Positions 45,601 to 54,821 of a DNA stretch of 64,000 bases are shown piece after piece; the stretch's first letter is position 1; every line of letters begins with the position of its first letter. Source of the DNA: a virus; IMG/VR virus record IMGVR_UViG_3300027851_001140, positions 30,857-94,856 of that record; one strand, written 5' to 3'. The notes beneath the pieces were generated by a model. The model did no database searches. It was given only the letters and a program-made list of their open reading frames with translations, and had not been told where the DNA came from. Made by a program: the position numbers and the translations under genes.

Positions 45601-45955
45601 GTGGGAGCATAATGAACTTACGGATTTAGACATAACTGACGTAAATCAGATTAGACTAGCTCCGTATACTCACATGGCGGTTCAATTCGCTACAGTTAGG
45701 GAAGTAGGAATGAAAGTCATAAAACCAGAGGTTGGTGACGATGACTTATTTCGCACTTCTGTTTTGGCTGCAGCCTACATGACTGAAAACATGAAGGACT
45801 TTTTGACCAAGGTAGCTGTGGGACAAAGCAGTACTTCCGTCTCTGTGGGTTCATTAGCTCTTAAATCTTCTGTATCTAATACGTACAGAGGGTCAAGGTC
45901 TAGGGCCACTATAGGCTCTGTCAAATCAAAAACCTCTTACTATGGAAGGCGATAG
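42620..45955 (+). CDS. terL: Terminase large subunit with intein
   Basis: Walker A GQRSGKT, Walker B IF/CGIDE, coupling motif NISSP, nuclease ITVDCG, YDRWQS, DDLF. Confidence 0.92.
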   Translation: MSDRRSKVEEENAHLFDLKGLVDQVIATGLDPSVFDVDLEVTFANNVIDFAVGPEYMNMTSLWSKQAEQAVRLFSDYCPECSDPDFLEDVPVDASIGTFRSKVVLLNHGICPECNKNRRELFDKLPWELVSCLGQRSGKTALTGGVITPYYLHRFLQYRNPARFYGLMANSFFEVTFVAVTAGQVKRGLWTAFKEAISQSPWFTDYSLKLRQVEKEKGFERGTLFKSMDSYIWFGNKHVGCSYAAADMKSLRGSTRIFCVTGDTIIATDHGLIQAKDVKNSPGIKFLTKSGEYKAVTASFEREADVLHIRTNCGYELSGSHDHPVLVANKDSSLVYKTLGTMNIGDVVVLSRAKSETLHRARLPEVPKNGPRGHNNRKYIPPKEMTPDLAYLLGILAAEGYLSKRVIRWHTSDKEILDKSVSAFESVFGSSPKIKPHGSLKEGWSPGWYIEAQSPILHKFLCEVGLSGKSDTKTVPWSILQSDSSCTSQFLAGYFDGDSNVEFYADSPKKSKAITVHSKSEDLLKKVQILLLSKGIVSHRSYYSRNTKGKLRKYHKLQIFGKNYAVFHKSVRLIDRKRGISVQEEYEDTDKLYVDLSILRTDSVNTNYALFYKRNTQNCVYATTLRDHLGTLKEQLDPGIYDNLSNMLSEDLFFDPIQEIASEPIQAVFDWTVEQEHNFVGNGIVQHNCGIDELGWFNATKEAVRANADETYAALSNSLRTVRSASDRLWKQGEYQTMPGIMANISSPSSQYDKMMALLKEGTRDKRKVCFHLSSWEASPLITRDSLETEEQNNPVVFWRDFGAVPPIADSPFIESTASIYEMRTNNKPLASWKPKFVKDKVDPTKNRYITAELLGSFSDNRVRMIPRVITVDCGETQNSFAIGVYHLEPASGEEGNRFNIVTDVIIEAKPEKIAETGEIIPVHFPSMFQIVKTLCDKNKGLHIKAALYDRWQSTGQIQELREMKIRAEKYTPKDADFKLLRSLVYSGNFKTPKWEHNELTDLDITDVNQIRLAPYTHMAVQFATVREVGMKVIKPEVGDDDLFRTSVLAAAYMTENMKDFLTKVAVGQSSTSVSVGSLALKSSVSNTYRGSRSRATIGSVKSKTSYYGRR
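43394..44683 (+). mobile_element. Class 1 intein (430 aa) with LAGLIDADG endonuclease in TerL
   Basis: Starts CVTGDT, block B SHDHPV, ends NFVGNGIVQHN|C; HEN motifs LLGILAAEG and FLAGYFDGD. Confidence 0.93.
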
Positions 45956-45965
45956 GGAGAAAATC

Positions 45966-46322
45966 ATGGGAACTCCTGTAGAAAAATTCATTAGGGACAC
46001 TCATAAGAGGTATAACGTAAAGTATGCCCTCACAAATGAGAACATGAGGCGAATTCGCACCAAGCTCCGTCTTGCCGACATTCATCGAGAGGTCAATGAA
46101 GGAGATGTTAGTCTAGCAACAGACATAGTGTTGGCAGACTACAACATGACTTCGTCCAATTTAAAAACAGCCAATACTTCCCCTCTATCCAAGGAAGCGC
46201 ACCCAGGAATAAGGAGCGCAGGGATGTGCCCACGCTGCAGTCAAAGCATGCAATTTGCTAAGTTAGCTGAAGCAGAGGAAGCACGTTATTGCCCAAATTG
46301 CCACGTGTGTGTGTTGGTATGA
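45966..46322 (+). CDS. Zn-ribbon protein
   Basis: CPRC...YCPNCH; GGAG RBS before ATG 45966. Confidence 0.7.
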   Translation: MGTPVEKFIRDTHKRYNVKYALTNENMRRIRTKLRLADIHREVNEGDVSLATDIVLADYNMTSSNLKTANTSPLSKEAHPGIRSAGMCPRCSQSMQFAKLAEAEEARYCPNCHVCVLV

Positions 46323-46549
46323 AAAAATCAATAGAAACTAGGCTGGAGAAGGTGTTGGAGAGTCTGCGCTCCGGATCCGCTCCGAAAAAATCCATACAAG
46401 TGAGACAGGATCTTAAGGACGACATAGACGAACTTGCCCGGAAAATAGCTATACACTTTTCTTCGTTGTCTAAGAAATACAAGGTCGACACTCAAACTCA
46501 GATGATTTTGCTTGAGTACATAGCTAAAAAGGTTAAGCAACACCTATGA
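46319..46549 (+). CDS. Hypothetical protein
   Basis: ATGA overlaps at both ends. Confidence 0.6.
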   Translation: MKKSIETRLEKVLESLRSGSAPKKSIQVRQDLKDDIDELARKIAIHFSSLSKKYKVDTQTQMILLEYIAKKVKQHL

Positions 46550-46890
46550 ACTCGGAACTAAAAGAATCCATAAGAGATCTGTGGAAATCTGGCCTTAAGA
46601 AAGAGGCGAGAGAGCTTTACCGTATAGCTAAATCACTCACGGATGATGATAGAAACCTTCAGGAAAGGATATTCTCTAGCGTCCTATCCTCCTTCAACCT
46701 GAGCAACCCTCGTCTTTTTATAGATCAGAAAAAGGGAATAGCATCCTTCATTGCTTCAGACATGACTCTTACCGGGTTTCCTAGGTTTCTGGAGAGGCTT
46801 CTAAGTCGCCTGAACGATGAAGGAACCCGAAAGTATGAGCTGGACCACATTGACCGGACGGACCCCATGCGAGTGTACATAAAGATGTGA
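46546..46890 (+). CDS. Hypothetical protein
   Basis: Coupled 114 aa ORF. Confidence 0.65.
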   Translation: MNSELKESIRDLWKSGLKKEARELYRIAKSLTDDDRNLQERIFSSVLSSFNLSNPRLFIDQKKGIASFIASDMTLTGFPRFLERLLSRLNDEGTRKYELDHIDRTDPMRVYIKM

Positions 46891-46894
46891 AGTC

Positions 46895-47380
46895 ATGGAA
46901 GGAAGCAGAGGAAATACAACTCCTTATCGCCCGGTTTTCTTGGATTCGGAGGAAAAGGGGACCCTCAACGATGGTACTCAGTCCATTGATGAGCCCGCAC
47001 ATTTCCGTGATGTTAAGGTTACACCCGACTCCTACATAGAGTACGACGCAGAAGTAGAGGGCTTACGTATACAGGCTCCCTACGCATACGAAATCAAGAA
47101 AAGACTTGGACCTTACGTTCATGTAATTCAGTTTAGGTCTCCTTTTTCTGTAGATTCCGTGCCAAATGAATGGAGGCGGAAAGACGGTCCTCTGCTATGG
47201 AAGGTAGAAACACCAGAATTTACCGCCTATGTCACCGATTCTGAGCCGAATGTATTTTACTTCGCAGAAAAGGCTCAATCTACTTATTTCATCCGTAAAA
47301 TGAGTGGAATGGATTCCTCCGGACCCAGTCTTGAGGAAGTCACGACACAACGTGACAACCTAAGAAAGCTTCTTTGGTAA
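46895..47380 (+). CDS. Hypothetical protein
   Basis: 161 aa ORF, TAATG-coupled to the portal gene. Confidence 0.65.
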   Translation: MEGSRGNTTPYRPVFLDSEEKGTLNDGTQSIDEPAHFRDVKVTPDSYIEYDAEVEGLRIQAPYAYEIKKRLGPYVHVIQFRSPFSVDSVPNEWRRKDGPLLWKVETPEFTAYVTDSEPNVFYFAEKAQSTYFIRKMSGMDSSGPSLEEVTTQRDNLRKLLW

Positions 47381-49710
47381 TGACTTCAATTAAACTAAAT
47401 TATCAGCGCATGCGCACTGCCTCTCTTCGAAAAATATCTGGAGGAGGCTTTGGTGGAGGCTTTGGTGGAGGCGGAGGTTTTGGTGGAAGCGGCTTCGGTG
47501 GCGGCGGCTTTGGTGGATTTGGAGGCGGTGCAGGCGGAAGAAATACGTTTAACAGGTTCAATCCTGTTTATGACGATCTTTCGGAAGGCTCAATTATTGA
47601 GCAGTTTATGCCGGTTGACCCCCGGCGACTCCATAGAATATGGAGAAGGATAAAGCTTCAAGACCCTGTTGCGGGACCCGCCATAGATCTCTACAGCGAA
47701 TTGCCGTGGAGTGACTTTCAACTTATTGGCGTAGAAGACCGCACCATACTGAGGCTTTATCAAGATGCCCTAAATGCCATAAGCATAACGGCACATCTTC
47801 CAGAGCTTTCCAGCGAGTTTTTGTCCATGGGAAAAATCATAGGACATCTTCTGATGGACGAAAGCAGAGGAATATGGGAGAGGATGATTATACACGATCC
47901 CGACTGGATTCGTGTGACACCTATTCCTGTTCCTGGGTTTCAGCCGAAACTAGATATCATTCCAACGCCAGACATGAGATCGTGGGCTCACTCCCAGGAC
48001 GACAGAGATATAGAAGCTCAGAAAGAAATAAGAGAGCTTGCTGCCATGATACGAAATGGCCAAGAAATACCTCTTCCCACTGAAAACACCTTCTATATCC
48101 CAAGACGAACTGCTCCATATGACGTTATAGGTGCGTCCGCCTACACTCGTATCATAATGTTTGTAGCCTATGAAAAGGCTTTGGTTAATGCCACTATTGC
48201 TGCCTCAAGACGAAGAGCGTCTAGAATACGGCATATCACGGCTGGCATTGATGACGTGTGGGAACCCTCTAAGGAAGAGTTGGATGACCTTTCCAGTTTG
48301 TTCATGCAGGCAGACGAGGATCCTGTGGGTGCCATCGTTGTTACCCGTACTGGCGTAACTGCGAATGAAGTGGGAGGAAGCTCTCCTCAAGACATAGTCA
48401 AAATCAGTGATGAATGGCAGTTTTTGCTGCAGGGAAAACTGAACGCACTTGGTGTGTCTGAAGCTTTCCTTACAGGAGAGGCTACATTTAATACCCTAGA
48501 GCAGCTCATGTCTGTTTTCCTTGAGAAAATAAAGGCTCATCGAAAATTCTTTGAGCATGAACTGATTTACGAGAAGCTTCTTAAGCCTCTTGCAAAGAGG
48601 CATGGGTTTGTCCACAGAAAGAAGGCAGAACTAGACCACCGAATCAGAATAGCCAGATCTGAAGAAGAAACCAGGTACATACTTCCCACCTTGGCGTGGG
48701 AAAAATCTCTACGTCCAGTGGCAGATCGTGACTACCTAGAGATTCTCCAAATGATGGAAGAAAAGGGCATACCCATCACGAAGAGAACCTGGACAAGTGC
48801 TGCAGGATTCGATTTGGAATCCGAGATGGAACAGTTTGACGATGACGTTGAAACAACACGTCAATTAGCCGCACAGAAGAAGAAGATAGTCCAAATAGCT
48901 CCTGACGCAGCAGGCGGTGGAGGCGGTATGGGTGACATGGGTGGCCTTGGCGGCGGTCTTGGTGGCGACTTAGGCGGATTGGGAGGAGACCTGGGAGGAT
49001 TGGGAGGAGACCTGGGTGGAATGGGCGGTGGTATGGATATGGGTGGAGGCGGCGGAGACCTGGGTGGCCTTGGCGGTCCTGACGCTGGAGGTGGTGCGGG
49101 AGCAGGAGGTCTAGAACTGCCACAGATAGGTGCTTCAGTTAAAACTGCCGCCGCTCGTAGGGATAAAGAAGACCGCAAAGCCCTGGACGTTCTCAAGTCC
49201 CTTCCTGTGTGGGAGAAGAAAACGTCTTTTATGGGAGTGTCCTACGACACCGCAGAGCTTACAGCACGTAGGCTGATTGATTCCTTAGGAAATAGTTTGT
49301 CTAAGAACATGACACAAGGGGAACTTCGCAAGATCATAAGCACAGGAAACACGAAGAGAGACCAAGTGCTAAAGTATCTTATGACTAGAATTGGAATCAT
49401 TCGTAATGCAGACATTACTAGAAATGTAGCTGTAGACATACAAAGAGAACTGGAGTCGGTGGTTCAAAATCCTCGCGCCCTAAAGGCTGAACTTAATGTG
49501 GTTGTGTCCTGCGTAATGTCCGGAAGGGCCAAAGAAGCCGACGAACGGGCTATGTCTGACTCCTATCGCACCAAGTTTTTCAAGAACGCAGAAGATTCAG
49601 AAGTTTCTTCTTCTTTGAAGAGTGTTATTTCAGGGGAGAAGAGGCACGTAAAAAGCAATCAGCTTCTTACTGGGTTCGTGTCTAACCAGAAAATTTTTGA
49701 AGAGGAATGA
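47380..49710 (+). CDS. Portal protein
   Basis: Position between terL and the protease; DPVAGPAIDL...ALGVSEAFLTGEATFN portal-like motifs; Gly-rich segments flanking the core. Confidence 0.75.
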   Translation: MTSIKLNYQRMRTASLRKISGGGFGGGFGGGGGFGGSGFGGGGFGGFGGGAGGRNTFNRFNPVYDDLSEGSIIEQFMPVDPRRLHRIWRRIKLQDPVAGPAIDLYSELPWSDFQLIGVEDRTILRLYQDALNAISITAHLPELSSEFLSMGKIIGHLLMDESRGIWERMIIHDPDWIRVTPIPVPGFQPKLDIIPTPDMRSWAHSQDDRDIEAQKEIRELAAMIRNGQEIPLPTENTFYIPRRTAPYDVIGASAYTRIIMFVAYEKALVNATIAASRRRASRIRHITAGIDDVWEPSKEELDDLSSLFMQADEDPVGAIVVTRTGVTANEVGGSSPQDIVKISDEWQFLLQGKLNALGVSEAFLTGEATFNTLEQLMSVFLEKIKAHRKFFEHELIYEKLLKPLAKRHGFVHRKKAELDHRIRIARSEEETRYILPTLAWEKSLRPVADRDYLEILQMMEEKGIPITKRTWTSAAGFDLESEMEQFDDDVETTRQLAAQKKKIVQIAPDAAGGGGGMGDMGGLGGGLGGDLGGLGGDLGGLGGDLGGMGGGMDMGGGGGDLGGLGGPDAGGGAGAGGLELPQIGASVKTAAARRDKEDRKALDVLKSLPVWEKKTSFMGVSYDTAELTARRLIDSLGNSLSKNMTQGELRKIISTGNTKRDQVLKYLMTRIGIIRNADITRNVAVDIQRELESVVQNPRALKAELNVVVSCVMSGRAKEADERAMSDSYRTKFFKNAEDSEVSSSLKSVISGEKRHVKSNQLLTGFVSNQKIFEEE

Positions 49711-50444
49711 TCATGATAAAACTCGGAGAAGCCGCCTTCGACACTCGTGTGTTTGAGGGAATTTCCTGCAATATGGAGAGAGACTTTAAGGGAAACCTCA
49801 AGGTAGCCTCAGAAAATATCCTAAACAAGACACACTCGTTAGACGTATCGTGGCTGCCTATGGCAGCGGAACAGTACCAGATATCGGCAGATATCAGGGA
49901 CTATGTAATTAACGAAATACCTATTGTGACGGTGGGATGTCCTAACAGGAATCTGGATGAGTTTCCATATGATGAAGTTACCTCATTCAATCCCGAGATT
50001 GGGCGTTTGGTGTACCAGACTTTCATAGGTAAACCGACACATATGGATCACGACAATAGAGATGTACGCAAAGCAAAGGGCGTACACTTTGACTCCTCTC
50101 TCCAGAAAATGGCAGACGGTAGATACAAAATTGTAGTGCTTGCCGGTTGGGACAGAACGAAGGACAGGGATCTCGCAAATTCAATCCTGCGTCGCGATCG
50201 CACAGGATTTTCCATGGGAGCTTTGGTTAGCTACACACAGTGCTCTTATCCAGGGTGCGGAGCAGTAAGCCCAAACGGAAAGATTGCTTGTCGTCACCAG
50301 GAATACGGAAGAGGAAAAGGAAGAATCCTCGAAGGACATCTGGTCTACGAAAGATGCTATAGGGTAAACTTCATAGAGACGTCCAGTGTGGCAGATCCTG
50401 CAGACCACACCGCTCATGATAGATGGGCAAAGCCGTGGGAATGA
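49707..50444 (+). CDS. Prohead (capsid maturation) protease
   Basis: NRNLDEF, TFIGKPTHMDH, FSMGA, C...C...C.H insertion, FIETSSVADPAD. Confidence 0.7.
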   Translation: MIMIKLGEAAFDTRVFEGISCNMERDFKGNLKVASENILNKTHSLDVSWLPMAAEQYQISADIRDYVINEIPIVTVGCPNRNLDEFPYDEVTSFNPEIGRLVYQTFIGKPTHMDHDNRDVRKAKGVHFDSSLQKMADGRYKIVVLAGWDRTKDRDLANSILRRDRTGFSMGALVSYTQCSYPGCGAVSPNGKIACRHQEYGRGKGRILEGHLVYERCYRVNFIETSSVADPADHTAHDRWAKPWE

Positions 50445-50452
50445 TTTGATTC

Positions 50453-52240
50453 ATGTCGCATTTCTCTAGACTAGCACGTCTCTCTGCTCAGATAGGATCA
50501 CTAATCCTTACTGCTGAAGACAATCTTACTCTGGACCCTGCTGTAGTTCGTAGAATTAAAAAGAAGCAGGAATCTGGAGGATCTTTGTCTGCTCGCGAAA
50601 AGAGCATGCTGGAACGTGCTAGCCTACTGGAAGAGAAGTTGAAGGAAGGTCCCCAAGAATTAGAGGGAACGCCCGCCCCAGATGAACCTATTTGGTCCTA
50701 CTTCATATCTGAAGAACAGTGGAATAAAATACCTGATGATAAGAAGCCGGTCATGGAAGAATACTTCCAAAAAGCTTATCAAAACACTACCAAGGGTAAG
50801 GAGCACGCAAAAAAGCTGAACGAGTCAGATTTTGCCCCAGGAGAAGTTGTTGAAGAAGGTGATCATCCCTCTGCAGTAAGAAGGTACGCAAAGAGTCTTG
50901 GACTAAAGACAAAAAATGTAAGAAGGCTCATTTCATCTCACTTGGATCAAATGTCGTCCGACCCAGAGCTTAAACAGGAAATGCAACCGTTGGTAGCTAG
51001 GGCACTTGCTCCTTTAGACGAATTAGACACTTTGCTGAAGAGGGTAGAATTTGCGTTAAGCGAGATCACTCCTCAAACATATGCATCCAAGGTACCTTTG
51101 GCAGATAAATCTGCACGCAAGGCCATCTCTTCATTTAGAGAATGGGGAAGCGATATAGGCTCTATATTCGGAGAAGACAGGCAGAAATATCAGAAAATGT
51201 CTGATGGACTTAGAAAGGTTCTGGCAGACAGGTTTAAGCACTCCCTTAGGGAACTTAGGTCGCAAGGAATGTCAGCAGAAGAGGCAGCGGAAAAGGCTAA
51301 AGCAGTTCCCTCAATTCAAAAAATGAATTCAGCACTTATTCGTGCCAACTCAAGAATAAAAGCCTACGACCTTGTTCTCAATGAAATGGCGTCCATCTAC
51401 GATAACTCTAGACCCATGCTAAAGTCCATGGAAACAGCCTTGGATAACATGATCTCTTCCCTGCAAAAGACCGCCAACTTACAGGAAGAGTTAGTTCTTA
51501 CCAGCAGTGCTCCTAATAAAAAGGTAGCTAAGCAGCTTGTTCTCATCGGACAAAAAATAAAATTGGTAGGGAACATAACACAGAAATTACTCGACAAGAC
51601 CAGGTCCGGCACTCAAGCAGAACAGCAGGCAGCCAAAGAGTTAGAAAAGGTAATAGAAGCTCTAGTCCAGCCTCTAGAACAAGCTGAAGCTATGGTTCGA
51701 GGAGCGGAGAAAACGGTTCTATCTCTTACCAAGGACAACTACAAGAAGCTCCTTGGAAACATAGAAGTAGCCGTAGAAACTATTGTTGACTCCATAGAAG
51801 CATTTTCTTCCGGATACTCTCGTGACCTGCAGTCCTTGTTAGACAAACATCAGCGTATAATCACGGGTCTCACCAAAACTTTCGAAACCAGGTTTAGAGA
51901 AGGAAGAGACCAGTTGATGGCACGAGGTCTGTCAAAAGAAGACGCCACGGCAACCTTGAATAAGGCGTCATCCATGCAGCAAATGGTCCGTACTCTTACG
52001 CTAGCCAAAATTAAAGCTGATGTGTACCAGGAATTACTGTTTGGACTCGACGGGATTGCAGGATCGCTGACAGAGCAGAACCTTCCTAAACTAAAAGAAG
52101 AATTATCTTCGCTTAAGTCCTACTTAGGTGAAGATGGAGGCGGAGAAAAGGCCGCTTCTGTTGTAGCAACTAAAAAAAGATTGAACAAAGTGTCTAAAAG
52201 AATATTGCTACTTGCGTATTTACGTAGCAAGTCCTTGTGA
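50453..52240 (+). CDS. Large helical protein, putative internal head protein
   Basis: 595 aa coiled-coil-like with an internal duplication; between protease and scaffold. Confidence 0.6.
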   Translation: MSHFSRLARLSAQIGSLILTAEDNLTLDPAVVRRIKKKQESGGSLSAREKSMLERASLLEEKLKEGPQELEGTPAPDEPIWSYFISEEQWNKIPDDKKPVMEEYFQKAYQNTTKGKEHAKKLNESDFAPGEVVEEGDHPSAVRRYAKSLGLKTKNVRRLISSHLDQMSSDPELKQEMQPLVARALAPLDELDTLLKRVEFALSEITPQTYASKVPLADKSARKAISSFREWGSDIGSIFGEDRQKYQKMSDGLRKVLADRFKHSLRELRSQGMSAEEAAEKAKAVPSIQKMNSALIRANSRIKAYDLVLNEMASIYDNSRPMLKSMETALDNMISSLQKTANLQEELVLTSSAPNKKVAKQLVLIGQKIKLVGNITQKLLDKTRSGTQAEQQAAKELEKVIEALVQPLEQAEAMVRGAEKTVLSLTKDNYKKLLGNIEVAVETIVDSIEAFSSGYSRDLQSLLDKHQRIITGLTKTFETRFREGRDQLMARGLSKEDATATLNKASSMQQMVRTLTLAKIKADVYQELLFGLDGIAGSLTEQNLPKLKEELSSLKSYLGEDGGGEKAASVVATKKRLNKVSKRILLLAYLRSKSL

Positions 52241-52311
52241 CTGGATTCGTGGCAATGGTGCCATGTTCCCTCAACACAAGCTCTTAGGCCCAACCGAAAG
52301 GTACTAAACAA

Positions 52312-53265
52312 ATGGCAAAGCACAATGCAGAAGCCTTAAGAGCCGCTCGTTTGAAGCGTCTGGCCGCACGCCAGGCATCAAGCTCTACGAGCCCACAGTC
52401 TAAGTCCAACGTTAGTGACGAAACACGTACTGCTGCTCCCGCAGCTGCTGCACCTGCAGTAGCCGCTCCGGAAAAGCTCAGTGCGCCCGTAGTAGATCCT
52501 TCTCTCGTTTCTAAGACCGCAAGTCTCGACCTTCTCCTCTACGGGGATAAGACCGAGAACCCACACTGGGTTGTTCTTGCTTCAGGTCGTCCTGTAGCCG
52601 AGATTCGTCTCGCCGACCAGGAGGAACCAGAGAAGATCGCAAGAATTTTCGTCACAGAAAAGTATGCCGAAGGTGTCCGAGAGGCAGCTAAGCAATTTGA
52701 TCTTGCACAGGTATTGGATGGAGTTCGCGCTCGTCCCTACGTAGCATCTGTAGATGGTGCCGAAGCCTTCAAGAAGGTGGAAGCGTCAGCTAACAAGAAG
52801 GCTGAAGTAGAACTGCGTAAGGCAAAGGCAGCTCTTCGTGATGACGCACTCAATATGCTTAATCTGGTCGTTGTTGCGCAAACCAAGAACTTCCTTACTG
52901 ACAACCCGCTTAAGGGCGAGCTTTTCAGCAGGATGACGGAGAGCGGCATCAGCGAGCGTCAGGCTGTCGCAATTATAGAAGCAGCTTATCAATCAAGCGC
53001 CCCTTCTCACTTCGAGACCTGCTTTAAGCAGGCGTTCAAGTGGATGGACCTCCAGCCGGAGGCTCTTGCGGAGCTTGAAGAGCAGATCAAGGGACTCAGT
53101 CATCGTACGCCAGTGGTGGCGGAAGCTGACGACATCCCCTCCGCCAGATCTGCAATGCACAACATACCTCTGGAGACCCGTACCGCCTCTTATGGCGAGT
53201 CGGAAGACGAGAAGTCATCTCTCCGTGAGGCGTTGGGCTTCCGTAGGCGGCTACACAATCGATGA
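52312..53265 (+). CDS. Putative scaffolding/prohead core protein
   Basis: Ala/Glu/Lys-rich helical protein upstream of decoration and capsid genes; AAAGG RBS. Confidence 0.55.
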   Translation: MAKHNAEALRAARLKRLAARQASSSTSPQSKSNVSDETRTAAPAAAAPAVAAPEKLSAPVVDPSLVSKTASLDLLLYGDKTENPHWVVLASGRPVAEIRLADQEEPEKIARIFVTEKYAEGVREAAKQFDLAQVLDGVRARPYVASVDGAEAFKKVEASANKKAEVELRKAKAALRDDALNMLNLVVVAQTKNFLTDNPLKGELFSRMTESGISERQAVAIIEAAYQSSAPSHFETCFKQAFKWMDLQPEALAELEEQIKGLSHRTPVVAEADDIPSARSAMHNIPLETRTASYGESEDEKSSLREALGFRRRLHNR

Positions 53266-53286
53266 TCTCTTGAGGGAGTAAATACC

Positions 53287-53994
53287 ATGGCTTTTGATTT
53301 GACACGTTCCTATTTCAATGATATTCGCGAGCGCGCTGTTGCGCCTGGCGCCAACATCACAGAGGAAGGCCAGCTTCTAATGTATGTGGATGCAGGTGAC
53401 GGCACACTTGCTGTTCAACCCAGTGCAGGTGCGGGCACAGACCGCGTCGCAGGTTTTGCTATCACGGACGCACTCAAGTACGTGACCCAGACCGTTGTGG
53501 AGGAGCTTACCGTTCCTGCTGGTGGTGGAACCGTTTCTCTTAGAAACACTAACTTGGTGGCGGGTAACACTCGCGCCGTTGCTTCTACCACGGGTGTGCT
53601 GGCGGAAGACTTGGTAGTAGCAGGCGCAGGTGAGTTCTTCATGAACAACACCCAGGGCACAATCACATTCAACGTGGCGGAAGCTGGACAGACTGTGGTG
53701 GTGACTTACCGCTATACACCAACTCTGGAGGAAGCCCTTGCCACTTGGCATGAGCGTTCCATCAACAACCGCGCACAGGACTACTTCAGTTCCGTGGGCG
53801 TGGGCTGCATGGAAGGTGAGATCTTCACCACCATGTACGATACCACTCAGGCATACACTGTTGGCACCATCGTTAACAGTGGTGCAGGTGGTCTGGTGAC
53901 TTCGGCTGCTGGTGGTGTGGCCATCGGCATCGTGAGCCAGGTTCCAGGAGTGGCGGACGGACGCTTGGGTGTGAAGTACGCTGGACTTAGGTGA
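53287..53994 (+). CDS. Capsid decoration/cement protein
   Basis: GGAG RBS; Gly/Ala/Thr/Val-rich beta protein followed by a strong terminator. Confidence 0.65.
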   Translation: MAFDLTRSYFNDIRERAVAPGANITEEGQLLMYVDAGDGTLAVQPSAGAGTDRVAGFAITDALKYVTQTVVEELTVPAGGGTVSLRNTNLVAGNTRAVASTTGVLAEDLVVAGAGEFFMNNTQGTITFNVAEAGQTVVVTYRYTPTLEEALATWHERSINNRAQDYFSSVGVGCMEGEIFTTMYDTTQAYTVGTIVNSGAGGLVTSAAGGVAIGIVSQVPGVADGRLGVKYAGLR

Positions 53995-54008
53995 CCTTAG
54001 CTTTTAGC

Positions 54009-54048
54009 TAAAGTTGAAAGGGCCGCTACAGCGGCCCTTTCAACTTTA
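54009..54048. terminator. Bidirectional terminator
   Basis: TAAAGTTGAAAGGGCCGCT-AC-AGCGGCCCTTTCAACTTTA, 19-bp arms between convergent genes. Confidence 0.85.
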
Positions 54049-54052
54049 AGGA

Positions 54053-54283
54053 TCATGGAGATTTTTCTATGAGATTTCTCCATCCCTTACCTACTACCTC
54101 TTCTGCTGCGTTTGCTACAGAAGCATCGGTTAGGGCAACTTGTAGAAATGCATCCCGTTGAGAGCGGTAGTGATCTACACTATTGGCGTATTCGGCAGCA
54201 GCACCTAACCAGTTGTCCAACAAAGTCAGAGCTTCTTCAAGAGTCTTTGGTATTGGTAAGCCAAATCGATCAAGATTTTTCAT
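54053..54283 (-). CDS. Small hypothetical protein, antisense insert in the head module
   Basis: 76 aa; TGTAAAGT 6 nt before the ATG; ends at the shared terminator. Confidence 0.65.
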   Translation of the reverse strand: MKNLDRFGLPIPKTLEEALTLLDNWLGAAAEYANSVDHYRSQRDAFLQVALTDASVANAAEEVVGKGWRNLIEKSP

Positions 54284-54326
54284 TCTAATACTTTACACAT
54301 CTAGTAGTTTTTCTATATTTAGTTTC

Positions 54327-54629
54327 ATGACCATTCAGATAGCCGAAAGCATCCAACACACTCCTCCCAAAAACGGTTTTGACCAGAGGGATTACACAGG
54401 AGTGACTGAACAACAAGTTTCGGTATCTACGTCTGTTTCTTCTCCTACTACTGACACCTTTGTGATCAGAGGAGATGTAACTTTTCTTGAGGGGGTTCAG
54501 GAGCTGTCCGTTAGACTGGCTCCTGCTCTACGTCCTTTCGCTAATGCTTCATTGCATGTGGTAGGGGCTACATTTGTTGATGCCGTGGCAACCACTCTAC
54601 AAAAAGCACGTGTGATAAGATTTAAGTAA
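54327..54629 (+). CDS. Hypothetical protein
   Basis: 100 aa from ATG 54327; the track extension overlaps the opposite-strand gene. Confidence 0.6.
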   Translation: MTIQIAESIQHTPPKNGFDQRDYTGVTEQQVSVSTSVSSPTTDTFVIRGDVTFLEGVQELSVRLAPALRPFANASLHVVGATFVDAVATTLQKARVIRFK

Positions 54630-54821
54630 CATTTTCTCTATTCTGGAGAAAAACAGTTTTGATCTAAACTATTATGTTCAGATCGTAGTCTTATAAACTC
54701 CCGGCATTCATCTCCGGGACGCCAAGAAGCCAGTATCATACATAACTTCAGGAGAATACGGACCACTCCTAACCAAAAAATAGTCTCATAGTTCACACAA
54801 ACAACAAAAGAGAAATATAAA

